Part shown: positions 20,667 through 31,203 of the stretch, one piece after another
Layout: each line of letters opens with the position of its first letter
How positions within the stretch are numbered: the stretch's first letter is position 1
Assembly (NCBI GenBank): GCA_965215185.1
Contig: OZ244034.1
Coordinates: 3,040,001-3,104,000 of the forward strand
Source of the DNA: Acidimicrobiia bacterium
GTDB taxonomy: Bacteria > Actinomycetota > Acidimicrobiia > Spongiisociales > ZC4RG35
Direction of reading: 5' to 3'
DNA length: 64,000 nt
Made by a program: the position numbers and the translations under genes
Notes under the pieces: model-generated
What the model was told of the DNA's origin: nothing
The model's database searches: none
What the model saw: the letters and a program-made list of their open reading frames with translations, nothing else

Positions 20667-21089
20667 ATGGTTCACATTGATCCAGAGCGCCGAACAGTCG
20701 ATGTTGCGATTACGTGCAGCAACTTCGAAGAGTCACTCCACTTCTACCGGGACGTTCTCGGCTTCGAGATTGTGGTGGACACCGAGATCTCAGGTGAGAT
20801 TGCCACTCGTCTCGGCGTGGCACCGCGAGGGTTCCACCAGGTGCGGCTCCAGGCGGGCGACAGCTTGATCAAGCTCATGGACATCGAGTCTCCGCCCCCA
20901 CCGGCGCCTCACGGTTTCGCTTCCGGGGTCCGCTGGATCACCGTGTACGTGGAAGACATCGACTCGACCATCGAAGAACTCAAGAAAAAGGGAGTCGAGT
21001 TTCTCGCTGATCCCGTGAGAGGTCAGCACGCCGCCGCGGTGGCTGCGATTGCTCCGGACGGCATCCTGGTTGAATTCGCACAGGTCTAG
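20667..21089 (+). CDS. VOC/glyoxalase family protein
   Basis: SLHFYRDVLGF ... APDGILVEF; GGAGG upstream. Confidence 0.85.
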   Translation: MVHIDPERRTVDVAITCSNFEESLHFYRDVLGFEIVVDTEISGEIATRLGVAPRGFHQVRLQAGDSLIKLMDIESPPPPAPHGFASGVRWITVYVEDIDSTIEELKKKGVEFLADPVRGQHAAAVAAIAPDGILVEFAQV

Positions 21090-21361
21090 CGTGGCCAGGG
21101 CCCGAGTACGCCACCCTGGATTACGTCGACTGGCTCAACCGCCATGGGCTCCTCGAGATCGGTCGGGGACATACCAGCGATCGGACACCAGGCCACGCAC
21201 GCACTCAGGCAAAACGGCCTCGATAGATTGCGCTGTTCACCGGGAACGTTTGGCCCGGTAGTGGGCAGGCGGACCGGTAGGTGGGTCACGGTACGGTACG
21301 GTACGATCGTGTCTTGCGGGGCTGATCCCTCGTGGCGTTGGCGTCCTAAGGAGGTTGTGAA

Positions 21362-22147
21362 ATGGGCCGGCTCGACGACAAGGTGGCGGTGGTAACCGGG
21401 TCCTCGCGTGGTCTCGGTGAAGGGATCGCCCGCCGGTTGGCCGCCGAAGGTGCGGCCGTGGTGTGCGCCGACGTGCTCGACGCCTCCGAAGTGGCCGCAT
21501 CGCTGCCCGCTGCACCTTCCGGTGCCCGCGCTACGGCCGTCCACCTTGATGTCACCGACAGCGCCCGGGTCGACGAGGTGATGCGCGACATTGCCGCCGA
21601 GTACGGAAGCCTCGACATCCTGGCCAACAACGCCGGGGTGGCGCAGCCGATCGCCGAGGTCATCGACACCTCCGACGAGGTGATCGATCGCGTGTTCGCA
21701 GTCAATATCAGAGGGGTGATCAACTGCTCCCGGTCTGCGGCCCACATCATGAAGGAGAACATGTGGGGCCGGATCATCAACACCGCCTCGCAGACCGGCA
21801 AGGTCGGCTGGCCGGGATGGGGCATCTACTCGGTCTCCAAGTTCGCGGTGGTCGGCCTCACCCAGGTGATGGCGCTGGAGTTGGCCCCGTACAACATCAC
21901 GGTGAACGCCATCTGTCCCGGCACCATGTTCACGAACATGACCAAGACCGGGTTCGGGATGGCGGCCCAGATGGCGGGCCGTGACCGCGAGGATGTGCTG
22001 GCCGAGCACATCGCCACCATCCCGATGAAGCGTCTGGGGACCGCCGACGACATCGGGGCGATGGCGGCCTTCCTCGCATCCGACGACGCTAAGTTCACCA
22101 CCGGGGCTTCCCTCAACCTGACCGGGGGCGAGCAGGTCTTCTTCTAG
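21362..22147 (+). CDS. SDR family oxidoreductase
   Basis: TGSSRGLG, NNAG, YSVSK; AAGGAGG RBS. Confidence 0.92.
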   Translation: MGRLDDKVAVVTGSSRGLGEGIARRLAAEGAAVVCADVLDASEVAASLPAAPSGARATAVHLDVTDSARVDEVMRDIAAEYGSLDILANNAGVAQPIAEVIDTSDEVIDRVFAVNIRGVINCSRSAAHIMKENMWGRIINTASQTGKVGWPGWGIYSVSKFAVVGLTQVMALELAPYNITVNAICPGTMFTNMTKTGFGMAAQMAGRDREDVLAEHIATIPMKRLGTADDIGAMAAFLASDDAKFTTGASLNLTGGEQVFF

Positions 22148-22292
22148 GAGGGTGGTGTGAAACCCCTTCACGGCCCGTTGATCGATGACATGATGCCTGT
22201 TCAGAGGAAGATGGGCCGTTGCTGCCCACCGTTTTAGACCACCCTTCTAGGGAGGCTGGGGCTATCCTCCGGCCGGCCTCATTCGCTGTGGC

Positions 22293-23435
22293 ATGAGCAA
22301 GATGCGAGCCGCCGTCTACCACGGCAGGCGCGACATCAGGATCGAGGAGATCGAGGTACCCGAGCCGGGGCCCGGAGAGTTGCTGGTAGAGGTCCACGCC
22401 GCCGGGATCTGCGGCACCGACGCCTCCGAATGGGAACACGGACCGATGATGTTTCCGGTGTCGGTGCGCAACGACTGGTCCGGTCACCGCGGCCCGATGG
22501 TTCCCGGTCACGAGTTCGGCGGCAGGGTGGTGGACCGCGGTCCAGGGGTGGAGGCGTTCCCTGACGGCACGCTGATGGCCAGCGGGGCGGGAGTGTCGTG
22601 CGGATCGTGCGGGCCGTGCCGGGCGGTGATCACCAACTTCTGCGAGCGGTACTTCACGGTGGGCCTGCAGCGGAACGGCGCCCTGGCCCAGTACGTTGCG
22701 GTGCCGGCGGGTATCTGCCTGGACGTTGGCGATCTGGGTCTCGACGATGATCGGGCCGCTCTGGTGCAGCCCATGTCGATCGCCCTCCACTCCCTCCGCC
22801 AGGGAGAGCCGGGTTCCGGTGACCCGGTGGTGGTGCTCGGAGTGGGTGGGGTGGGCGCCTTTCTCGTCTACGCGGCGGTCCGATCGGACCTGCGGGTGCT
22901 GGCCGCCGATCTCGACCCGGAGCGGCTCGAGATCGCCGCCGCGCTGGGCGCTTCGCTCACGCTAAAGGTCGACCGGGACGAACCACTCGCCCCCCAGATA
23001 CGGGATGCCCTGCGCGGCCCTCCCGCGGTGGTCTACGAGGTGACGGGAGTTCCCTCCGTCCTGACCGCGGCGCTGGAGGTGGTGGCGCCACGGGGGCGGG
23101 TGGTGGCCATCGGCCTCGGCACGGTTCCGGTACCGGTCGACGTACGCTCCCTCACCCTGCGGGAACTCTATCTGGTGGGTAGCAACGCCCATGTCTTCGC
23201 GGCCGACTTCGCGGACGCCGCCCGGCTGGTGGCCGGCCGCGCCGAGGGTTGGTCGGATGTCGCGCCGGTGGCCCTGCCCCTCGAGTGGCTGGTCGCCGAC
23301 GGTCTCCGACCGATGGTGGAGCGGAGACCCGAACGGATCAAGACGCTCGTCGACCCGTGGGCGGCCGATGTACGCCCGGCGGCGCGGGCAGGTCTGAGTG
23401 GTCTGTCTGCAAAGAGTGGTCTGTCTGCAGAATAA
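22293..23435 (+). CDS. Zn-dependent alcohol dehydrogenase (butanediol/threonine DH-like)
   Basis: GICGTD, GHEFGG, CxxCxxC...C, GVGGVG. The C-terminus runs into a MITE end. Confidence 0.9.
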   Translation: MSKMRAAVYHGRRDIRIEEIEVPEPGPGELLVEVHAAGICGTDASEWEHGPMMFPVSVRNDWSGHRGPMVPGHEFGGRVVDRGPGVEAFPDGTLMASGAGVSCGSCGPCRAVITNFCERYFTVGLQRNGALAQYVAVPAGICLDVGDLGLDDDRAALVQPMSIALHSLRQGEPGSGDPVVVLGVGGVGAFLVYAAVRSDLRVLAADLDPERLEIAAALGASLTLKVDRDEPLAPQIRDALRGPPAVVYEVTGVPSVLTAALEVVAPRGRVVAIGLGTVPVPVDVRSLTLRELYLVGSNAHVFAADFADAARLVAGRAEGWSDVAPVALPLEWLVADGLRPMVERRPERIKTLVDPWAADVRPAARAGLSGLSAKSGLSAE

Positions 23436-25326
23436 CTTGCCGTGCTCCGCTTTTATACCTCAAAAGCATCCCACCATCCACCGAAATGCCCCCAACATCG
23501 CCACAAACACCAGAAACTAACCGGCCCCACTACCTCCAGTCATCGTCGCCCCCCCCCAACCGATCGGTGGATTCAGGCTAAACGCGCAGAGCCCCCGGAA
23601 CTGCGAATCGCAGCCAATCCGGGGCGTGCTGGCACCAAGGCAAGTCGCCGTCTCAAGTTGACTACACGGAAGATCCCTACAAACTCTTGTGCAACTATAT
23701 AATTTGCTTCTAGCTTCTTCTAGATTAGAACTTGGCTCGGTCCTTGTTGCTTGCCCTGAGCCGCGCGCCAAGGTCGTCGGGAGAGACGAATACTCTTCGC
23801 CGACCCTCCACGCCGGCATCGAGCAGTCCATGGGACGTCAGGTCGAGTAGGTCGGTACGAGCCGTTTGCAGAACTACATCATGGCTGTTGGCGTGGCTCC
23901 GGTATGTGTAGCGATACCCTGGATGCCGTAGGGCGTGTCCGAGGAGAGCCCGTTGTCTGTGGTTGAGCCCGGGCAGATCCCCGGCTAGGCGTTCCGCGGC
24001 CTGCATGCGATCGAGGGTCTCGTCGACGTAGATCGCCAATTCCTCGAAAGCCCTTCTCAAGACCTCGAGTTGGTGGATCAGGAAGTATGTCAGGTCGTTG
24101 CCGTCCGTCTCCGTGTGGAGGAAGGCGTGCGCGTACTTTGCCGGTGCCTTCAGGACGATCTCGGAGATCGAGACATACTCGGTAAGCCAGTATCCGGCGC
24201 GTAGCGCGGACCAGTAGAACAAGGCGCGGGCCGCTCGACCGTTCCCATCGACGAACGGATGAATGTAAGCCAACCAAAAGTGGAGTAGGATGGCCTTGAC
24301 CAGCGGATGGGTGAATGATTTTTCCCCGTCGTTGGCGAAGTTGCACATTCGTTCGATACGCTCCGGGATCTGTTCCGCGGGTGGCGGAGAGAAAACGACC
24401 TCATCACTGTGCCAGGCGACAACAGACACCCTGGTCTCGTCTGGCTGCTGGAAGCGGCCGCAGTCCCTCCGGTGTTCCAAGGTGTCTTCGGTGAGTATGG
24501 CGTGCATTCGCAGGAGTAGTTCCGGCGTCAGGTCCTCTGAGGCCGCTTCCTTGATGTGGCTGATTGCCCGGTAGTTGTTGAAGATCATGCGTTCGGACTT
24601 GTCTCGAGGATCCCGGCCTGACCGGAGCATCTGCTTGGCTACGACACGGGTTGTGGAGGCTCCCTCGAGTTGTGAGGACGACAGGGCTTCCTCGATGAGG
24701 CCTCGCACCTTGTAGCGATCCCGCGTGGTTCGATCCACGACGGCCGCGGGCGCGGCAGACCGGCCGGTAGCCCGAAAGTCCAGGTTGTGGAGGCTCTTGA
24801 GGATCGGGTCCACAAGGCTGTAGGAAAACGGTATCCCGTGTACGTCAACCAATCCGGTAGCCCGGGATGATTGATTGCGGGCGAGGCGCATGCCGGCCCA
24901 CCACTGTTCGACCGTGAGACCCTCGGGGGGCTCCCGCCGGCGTACGTCATCCCAATGGAGGTATCGACCGTCCTTCAAGGTCGCGCCCACGTTGACCAAC
25001 CGCACGAACGTTTCTGGCTCGAGGTCTCTTATCAGAGCGTATAGATCTGGAGGTTTGGCGATCCGCGTAGCCATAGCGTCTCCGTAACCGTGTGTAGTGA
25101 TCGGAAGACCGGTCAAATCCATCTTCTAATCAATACCAGATTAGTACATAAGCCTGGATTGGCTAGGCGTTTGCCCTGGCCGTTAGGGGGACCGGATGGT
25201 TTGGCGACGCCTCTCGTTGCGTTCCGCCTCCTCGATGTACCGCTGGGAGTACGCCTTCGTCGGCGGGCCTTGCAAGGAACGCCGCTGCCGGCGCATGCCA
25301 CGCCGCCATTTCACGGACAGACCACT
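23415..25326. mobile_element. Non-autonomous element (MITE family A ends) enclosing a Fic gene
   Basis: Left end AGTGGTCTGTCTGCAG (also duplicated at 23397), right end ...CACGGACAGACCACT. The same ends occur at 39855-40020 and 41203-41274. Confidence 0.7.
23725..25074 (-). CDS. Fic family protein
   Basis: HPFVDGNGRAAR Fic motif; C-terminal HTH-like TARTDLLDL. Confidence 0.93.
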   Translation of the reverse strand: MATRIAKPPDLYALIRDLEPETFVRLVNVGATLKDGRYLHWDDVRRREPPEGLTVEQWWAGMRLARNQSSRATGLVDVHGIPFSYSLVDPILKSLHNLDFRATGRSAAPAAVVDRTTRDRYKVRGLIEEALSSSQLEGASTTRVVAKQMLRSGRDPRDKSERMIFNNYRAISHIKEAASEDLTPELLLRMHAILTEDTLEHRRDCGRFQQPDETRVSVVAWHSDEVVFSPPPAEQIPERIERMCNFANDGEKSFTHPLVKAILLHFWLAYIHPFVDGNGRAARALFYWSALRAGYWLTEYVSISEIVLKAPAKYAHAFLHTETDGNDLTYFLIHQLEVLRRAFEELAIYVDETLDRMQAAERLAGDLPGLNHRQRALLGHALRHPGYRYTYRSHANSHDVVLQTARTDLLDLTSHGLLDAGVEGRRRVFVSPDDLGARLRASNKDRAKF

Positions 25327-25366
25327 GGCTAGGATCGGCCGCGCCTGCGACTGAAAGGCGGTTCCG

Positions 25367-26635
25367 ATGGAGATGACCGAGCGTTCGCCCGAGTTCCCGG
25401 TTGCCACCACTCCGGCTCCAGGTGTCATGGGGGTGGACTGGGAGCAGCGGGTCGACTTCGACCGGCTGCGCAGGTACCGGCTGGCGCGGGCCCGCCAAGC
25501 CCTCGAGGAGTCGGACCTCGGAGCGCTTCTCGTGTTTGACACCGCCAACATCCGCTACCTGACCGCCACCCACATCGGGTACTGGGCCTTCAACAAGATG
25601 GAACGGTGGGCGCTGCTGACCCGGACCGGCGAGCCGTGGATCTGGGATTTCGGTTCGGCGGCGCGGGTCCACAAGCTGCAGGCGCCCTGGCTGGTCCCCG
25701 AACAGTCGGTGGGAGGAAACACCGGACTGGCAGGATCGATCGGTCCGGAGTCGGGTCTGGTGGCCAAGGCCGTTCGGGAGATACGGGACGTGCTCCACGA
25801 CGAGGGTGTGGCCGGCATGCCCGTCGGGGTCGACATGGCGGAGACGGAGATGTATCTCGAGCTGGCGCGGGCGGGGATCGAGGTGCGGAACGGGCAGCAG
25901 ACCATGCTGGCGGCCCGTGAGATCAAGAGTCAGGACGAAATAATCCTCCTGACCCAGGCGTCGGCGATGGTCGACGGTGTCTACCAGGACATCTTCGAGG
26001 CCCTCAAGCCCGGTGTGCGGGAGTCGGACATAGTCGCCCTGGCCAACAAGCGGCTCTACGAGATGGGTTCCGAGCACGTGGAGGCCGTCAACTCCATTGC
26101 CGGGGAGCGGTGCAGCCCGCACCCGCATGTGTTCTCCGACCGTCTCATCCGGCCGGGTGACACTGCCTACTTCGACATCATCCAGGCCCACAACGGCTAC
26201 CGCACCTGCTACTACCGCACGTTCGGGGTGGGTCGGGCGACGCAGGCGCAGCGCGATGCCTACAAGAAGGCTCGCGAGTGGATCGACGCCGCCATCGCCC
26301 TGGTCAAGCCGGGGACCACCACCGACGAGATCGCTCTGGTATGGCCGGAAGCCGAGGAGTTCGGTTTTCCCGACGAGATGGAGGCCTTCGGGCTCCAGTT
26401 CGGGCACGGGGTCGGCTTGGCGGTCCACGAGCGGCCGGTTATCAGCCGCCTCAATTCCATCGACACGCCGATCGAGTTGAAAGAAGGTATGTTCTTCGCG
26501 CTGGAGACCTTCTGCCCGGCGGCCGACGGCCGGTCCGCCGCCAGGATCGAGGAACAAGTCGTCTGTACGGCGGAGGGCCCCAAGGTCGTGACCCTGTTCC
26601 CCGCCGAGGAACTGATGGTGGCCAATGAGTATTGA
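25367..26635 (+). CDS. M24 (Xaa-Pro peptidase/creatinase-like) hydrolase
   Basis: NIRYLT, IKSxDEI, GHGVGL..HE.P, GMFFALE, ARIEE. Confidence 0.88.
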   Translation: MEMTERSPEFPVATTPAPGVMGVDWEQRVDFDRLRRYRLARARQALEESDLGALLVFDTANIRYLTATHIGYWAFNKMERWALLTRTGEPWIWDFGSAARVHKLQAPWLVPEQSVGGNTGLAGSIGPESGLVAKAVREIRDVLHDEGVAGMPVGVDMAETEMYLELARAGIEVRNGQQTMLAAREIKSQDEIILLTQASAMVDGVYQDIFEALKPGVRESDIVALANKRLYEMGSEHVEAVNSIAGERCSPHPHVFSDRLIRPGDTAYFDIIQAHNGYRTCYYRTFGVGRATQAQRDAYKKAREWIDAAIALVKPGTTTDEIALVWPEAEEFGFPDEMEAFGLQFGHGVGLAVHERPVISRLNSIDTPIELKEGMFFALETFCPAADGRSAARIEEQVVCTAEGPKVVTLFPAEELMVANEY

Positions 26636-27638
26636 TATGGACGACACGATGCATGCGGTACCGGATACCGATACCCGGATCGGCATCTACCGGTTGATGC
26701 TCGAAGCACGCATCTTCGAGCAGTACGCCTACCAGATGTTTCTCGAGGGGCTGGTCAAGGGCACCTCTCACCTGGCCACCGGACAGGAGGCGATCGCAGC
26801 CGGATTCGCCGCCGCCATGCGTCCGGCCGACCTCACCTTCTGCACCTACCGCGGGCACATCCACACCCTGCTGAGGGGAACACCGCCCGGCCCGCTCATG
26901 GCGGAACTGCTCGGCCGGGCCACCGGCGTGTGCGGCGGGAAGGGAGGCTCCATGCACCTCACCTGGGCGGCGGCAGGCGCCATGGGTTCCTACGCCATTG
27001 TCGGAGCCCACCTTCCGATCGCCGCGGGAGCGGCCTGGGCAGCGATGGAGCGGGGTAGCGGGCAGGTGTCGGTCTGCTTCTTCGGTGACGGAGCTACCAA
27101 CATCGGTGCGTTTCACGAAGCCCTCAACATGGCGGTCGTCTGGAACCTGCCGGTCGTGTTCGTCTGCGAGAACAACCAGTACATGGAGTACACACCTATC
27201 GGGTCGGTCACCGCCGTGGAGCGCCCGGCGGCCGATCGTGCCTCCGCGTACGGGCTCGAAGCGGTTCTGGCGGACGGCAACGATCCCGACGATATGTTCG
27301 GTATCGCCCGGAGCTCTCTCGAAAGGGCCAGGGCCGGGGGAGGCCCCAGCCTCATCGAAGCTCTCACCTACCGCCACGGCGGTCACTCCCGCGCCGATCC
27401 CGGCAAGTACCGCCCGGACGACGAGGTGGAGAGATGGAAGGCACGGGATCCGATCCCGATGTACAGGGAGAGGCTGGCGTCTGCGGGATCATCGGAGCAG
27501 CAACTGTCGGGTATAGAGGAGTCGGTAGAGGCGGCCATGCGCGTAGCCGTCGAGGAGGCGAAGGCGGCGCCGGCGCCCTCCCTGGCTTCGATATCCACCG
27601 AGGTATGGGCGGATGGGGGTTCGCAGTGGCGGAACTGA
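26625..27638 (+). CDS. TPP-dependent dehydrogenase E1 alpha subunit
   Basis: GQEA, GKGGSMH, FFGDGA..ENN, TYRHGGHS..DP. Confidence 0.93.
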   Translation: MSIDMDDTMHAVPDTDTRIGIYRLMLEARIFEQYAYQMFLEGLVKGTSHLATGQEAIAAGFAAAMRPADLTFCTYRGHIHTLLRGTPPGPLMAELLGRATGVCGGKGGSMHLTWAAAGAMGSYAIVGAHLPIAAGAAWAAMERGSGQVSVCFFGDGATNIGAFHEALNMAVVWNLPVVFVCENNQYMEYTPIGSVTAVERPAADRASAYGLEAVLADGNDPDDMFGIARSSLERARAGGGPSLIEALTYRHGGHSRADPGKYRPDDEVERWKARDPIPMYRERLASAGSSEQQLSGIEESVEAAMRVAVEEAKAAPAPSLASISTEVWADGGSQWRN

Positions 27639-28603
27639 TGACCTATCGGGAGGCGGTCGCCTACGGCCTCGCCCAGGAGATGGAGCGGGACGAGACCGTC
27701 TACCTGATCGGCGAGGATGTGGCTGCCGCCGGTGGGGTCTTCAAGACCACACCCGGTCTCCTGGAACGTTTCGGACCCCGCCGGGTGCGGGACACCCCCA
27801 TCTCGGAGGAGGCGATAATCGGCGCGGTGATGGGCGCGGCGATGAACGGCCTGCGTCCCGTGGCCGAGATAATGTTCTCCGACTTCCTGGCCACCTGCTG
27901 GGATCTTGTAGCCAACCAGATCGCCAAGATCCGCTACATGACGGACGGCCAGGTGGCCCTGCCGCTGGTCATCAGGACCGCGAACGGTGGCGGGGTGCGC
28001 TTCGGGGCCCAGCACTCGCAGAGCCTCGAGAACTGGGCGATGTCGGTACCCGGCCTCAAGGTCGTTGCCCCCTCGACCCCGCGCGATGTCGTCGAACTGA
28101 TGGCCGCGTCGATCCGCGATCCCGATCCGGTGATCTTCTTCGAGCACAAAGCCCTGTTCGCCACCCGTGGGCCGATTCCGGATGGTGAGCTGGTCGGCGA
28201 GCTGGGCAAGGCAGCCGTCGTCCGCTCGGGATCGGACGCCACCATCCTGGCTCTGGCCGCCATGGTCCCGAAAGCGCTGGCCGCCGCGGAGGATCTGGCG
28301 GGACGCGGGATCGACGTTACCGTCGTGGACGTCCGCTGCCTGGTGCCCCTCGACACGCAGACGATCCTGGGCACGGTGGCCGAGACGGGGCGCGTCTACA
28401 CGGTCGAGGAGAACCCGCGGTTGTGCGGATGGGGAGCGGAAGTGGTCTCGATAATCGCCGAGGAGGCTTTCTACGATCTGGACCAGCCGATCGTCCGGAT
28501 CACCACCGACCACGTCCCGCTGCCGTCCGCCGATATCCTCGAAGACGCCGCCATCCCGTCGGCCGAGCGGATCGTGGCCACAGTGGAGAAGACGATCGAA
28601 TGA
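27626..28603 (+). CDS. TPP-dependent dehydrogenase E1 beta subunit
   Basis: GEDV, DTPISE, GAQHSQ, PVIFFEHK. Confidence 0.93.
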   Translation: MAELMTYREAVAYGLAQEMERDETVYLIGEDVAAAGGVFKTTPGLLERFGPRRVRDTPISEEAIIGAVMGAAMNGLRPVAEIMFSDFLATCWDLVANQIAKIRYMTDGQVALPLVIRTANGGGVRFGAQHSQSLENWAMSVPGLKVVAPSTPRDVVELMAASIRDPDPVIFFEHKALFATRGPIPDGELVGELGKAAVVRSGSDATILALAAMVPKALAAAEDLAGRGIDVTVVDVRCLVPLDTQTILGTVAETGRVYTVEENPRLCGWGAEVVSIIAEEAFYDLDQPIVRITTDHVPLPSADILEDAAIPSAERIVATVEKTIE

Positions 28604-28970
28604 TGGCGGCAATCGGCAGGCGCCGGTGCATGGCGATTCCCGCACGGGTACTTGCGTATCGGGGCCGCGAGTCGTCCTGTCGTCTCGCGAAAACCGTCAC
28701 CGCCGGCTTGCTCGCCGGGCCCTCCCCCACCACCACCTTTCCTGGGACCGGAACGCGTTCCGTCCTACCTCTGATCGGGCGGCCCGGTTCCGAGAATCAT
28801 GATCCCTCGTGGGGTCGAATGACGTCCGTTCGACACCGCTCGGATGTTTGGCATCCCTCACTATGCAACGTGGGTGTGACAACTTCAACCCCCTCGCGCG
28901 GTGGACTTCCCGGAAGTGCATACCGGACTAGCGCGGCGCACCCTTCCGAGCCGGATGCGGGGAGGATCCG

Positions 28971-29864
28971 ATGAGTGACTTCCGGGATGCACGGGTGGGG
29001 TTTATCGGCCTCGGTAGGATGGGGTACCCCATGGCAGCCAACATCGCCCGCGCCGGGTTTCCTCTGACCGTGTGGAACCGGACGGCTTCCAAGTCGGAGG
29101 CGCTGGCCGCGGAGACCGGAGCGACGGTAGCGGCATCCCCGGCGGATCTGGCACGTGCGGTCGATGTCCTGATCACCATGGTGGCCGATGGCCGGGTCCT
29201 GACCGACCTCTACACAGGAGCCGGCGCGATCTGCGGATCCCTGTCGGCCGGGACCGTCTGCGTGGATATGAGCACCGTGAGTCCGGACGAGTCGCGACAG
29301 GTGGCGGCGGCGGTGGAATCCGCAGGGGGACGGTTCGTCGATGCGCCGGTCTCCGGTAGCACGGCGCCGGCCAGCGCCGGAACCCTGACCATCATGGCCG
29401 GGGGTCGGCCCGAGGATGTCGAGCCCCTGCGGCCGGTCTTCGAAGCGATGGGGTCTCGCCTCTACCACATGGGGCCGGTGGGCTCGGGAGCGACGATCAA
29501 GCTGGCGGTCAACTCGATCGTGTACGGCCTCGGGCAGGCGGTCGCGGAGGCCTTGGTGCTGGCAGAGGCAGCCGGCATCGGCCGGGAGACCGCGTACGAG
29601 GTCTTCGCCAACAGCGCCATCGCCGCCCCCTTCGTTCACTACCGCCAGGAAGCCTTCCTCAGACCGGGCGAGGTACCGGTGGCATTCAGGATGGTCCTGG
29701 CCAAGAAGGACCTCGACCTGGCGCTCGATCTGGCGCGGTCGGTGGGCGCCTCCATGCCGCAGGCCGGCCTCAACCGATCGGAACTGGTGGAGGCCATCGC
29801 GGCGGGCTTCGGCGACCACGATATGTCGGCGGTCGCCGAGCGCCTGCGGGCCGCCCTCACCTGA
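28971..29864 (+). CDS. 3-hydroxyisobutyrate dehydrogenase-like NAD(P) oxidoreductase
   Basis: GFIGLGRMG, DAPVSGS, KL..N, KDL. Confidence 0.9.
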   Translation: MSDFRDARVGFIGLGRMGYPMAANIARAGFPLTVWNRTASKSEALAAETGATVAASPADLARAVDVLITMVADGRVLTDLYTGAGAICGSLSAGTVCVDMSTVSPDESRQVAAAVESAGGRFVDAPVSGSTAPASAGTLTIMAGGRPEDVEPLRPVFEAMGSRLYHMGPVGSGATIKLAVNSIVYGLGQAVAEALVLAEAAGIGRETAYEVFANSAIAAPFVHYRQEAFLRPGEVPVAFRMVLAKKDLDLALDLARSVGASMPQAGLNRSELVEAIAAGFGDHDMSAVAERLRAALT

Positions 29865-30009
29865 CGGCAGGAAGCGTTCGCCTGCTTGGACACGCGAAAA
29901 CCGTTCACGTTAGGATTCACCGGGTTGTCTGGAGGAAAGGCGGCATCCGGCAACGTCGGAGGTGCCGCGGATGGATGACAGAGCAGGACCCGAGTGAAGG
30001 GACGGAAGA

Positions 30010-31062
30010 ATGATGAGAGGTAAGCAGAAGTGGGCCGTGCTCGTCGCGCTACTGGCACTGGCGCTCGTAGCGTCGAGTTGCGCCGGTGAGGACGATGACA
30101 CCGCCGGGGGGACGATCGTTGCCTTCATCCCGACCACCACCAACACCTACATCGCCGAGTGGGGCCGCGGCGCTCAGGAGAGGGCGGCGGAACTGGGTTA
30201 CAACCTGGTGATCATCGAGAACAACTTCGACCAGGCCGAACAGGACACCCAGGTACAGCAGCAGTTGGGCGCGGGCGATGATGACGTGGTGGCCTATGCT
30301 TGGTGGCCGTCGGACAACGAAGCCGGGGCGGCCTCCCTGCGGGCTCTCGCCGATACCGGTGTCCCGGTCATCCAGACCAACCAGTTGCCGTTCCCCGGAT
30401 CCGAGAGGTACGTGGTCGGTTACGCGGGCGTGAACGACAAGCTCAACGGCGAGGTAGCTGCCAACCTGCTCATAGAGGCCCGGGATCACATGATCGCCAA
30501 TGGGATGGAACTCCACGGCGCCGGCGGGCATGCCATCGTCATCGGCTTCGTGGCCGGTTACCAGGCCGGTATCGACCGCTCCGGTGCCGCGCTCCCGATT
30601 CTGGCCCGTCAGAATATCAGCGTGCTCGGCGAGGTCGATGTGGGCTTCGGTCCGGCCGAGGGGTACGACGGGACGAAGCAGTTGATTGCCGCCCATCGCA
30701 ACGCCGGTATCGACCTGGTGTACGCCCACAACTCGGCTCTGGCCGAGGGCGTGATCCAGGCCTTGGAGGAAGAGGGCTATCACCCCGGTCAGGACGTGAT
30801 GGTGGTGGGTGGTACCTGCCACGGCAACCTCGACCATCTGATCGACGGCTCGGAGTTCGCCACCGGTCTGCAGGCCGCCCGTCTCGAGGGTGTGTTCAGC
30901 ATCAACACCCTCGACGAGTACCTCACTGAAGGCAGCCTGGCGAGCTTCAACAACTTCATTCCCAACCCGCCGGTACACAGCCCGGCCTACACCCCCGGCA
31001 GCAACGAGATCGAGACCGTGATGGTCGAGGGCTTCGGCGTTGCCGACCTCTGCGTCTACTAG
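30010..31062 (+). CDS. Sugar ABC substrate-binding lipoprotein (RbsB-like)
   Basis: Lipobox SSC; Peripla_BP-like features (YAHN..LAEG). Confidence 0.85.
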   Translation: MMRGKQKWAVLVALLALALVASSCAGEDDDTAGGTIVAFIPTTTNTYIAEWGRGAQERAAELGYNLVIIENNFDQAEQDTQVQQQLGAGDDDVVAYAWWPSDNEAGAASLRALADTGVPVIQTNQLPFPGSERYVVGYAGVNDKLNGEVAANLLIEARDHMIANGMELHGAGGHAIVIGFVAGYQAGIDRSGAALPILARQNISVLGEVDVGFGPAEGYDGTKQLIAAHRNAGIDLVYAHNSALAEGVIQALEEEGYHPGQDVMVVGGTCHGNLDHLIDGSEFATGLQAARLEGVFSINTLDEYLTEGSLASFNNFIPNPPVHSPAYTPGSNEIETVMVEGFGVADLCVY

Positions 31063-31203
31063 CCACTTCGGGATGGTGGGACGGCAGGTCATCGACCGCC
31101 GTCCCACCATCGACGACCACAAGACACACCGTGGGGGTCCGGAGCCACCGGATCGCTGCGAGGAACGAGTGTGCAGGAACGATGGCGTGATCGATAGCAG
31201 GAC

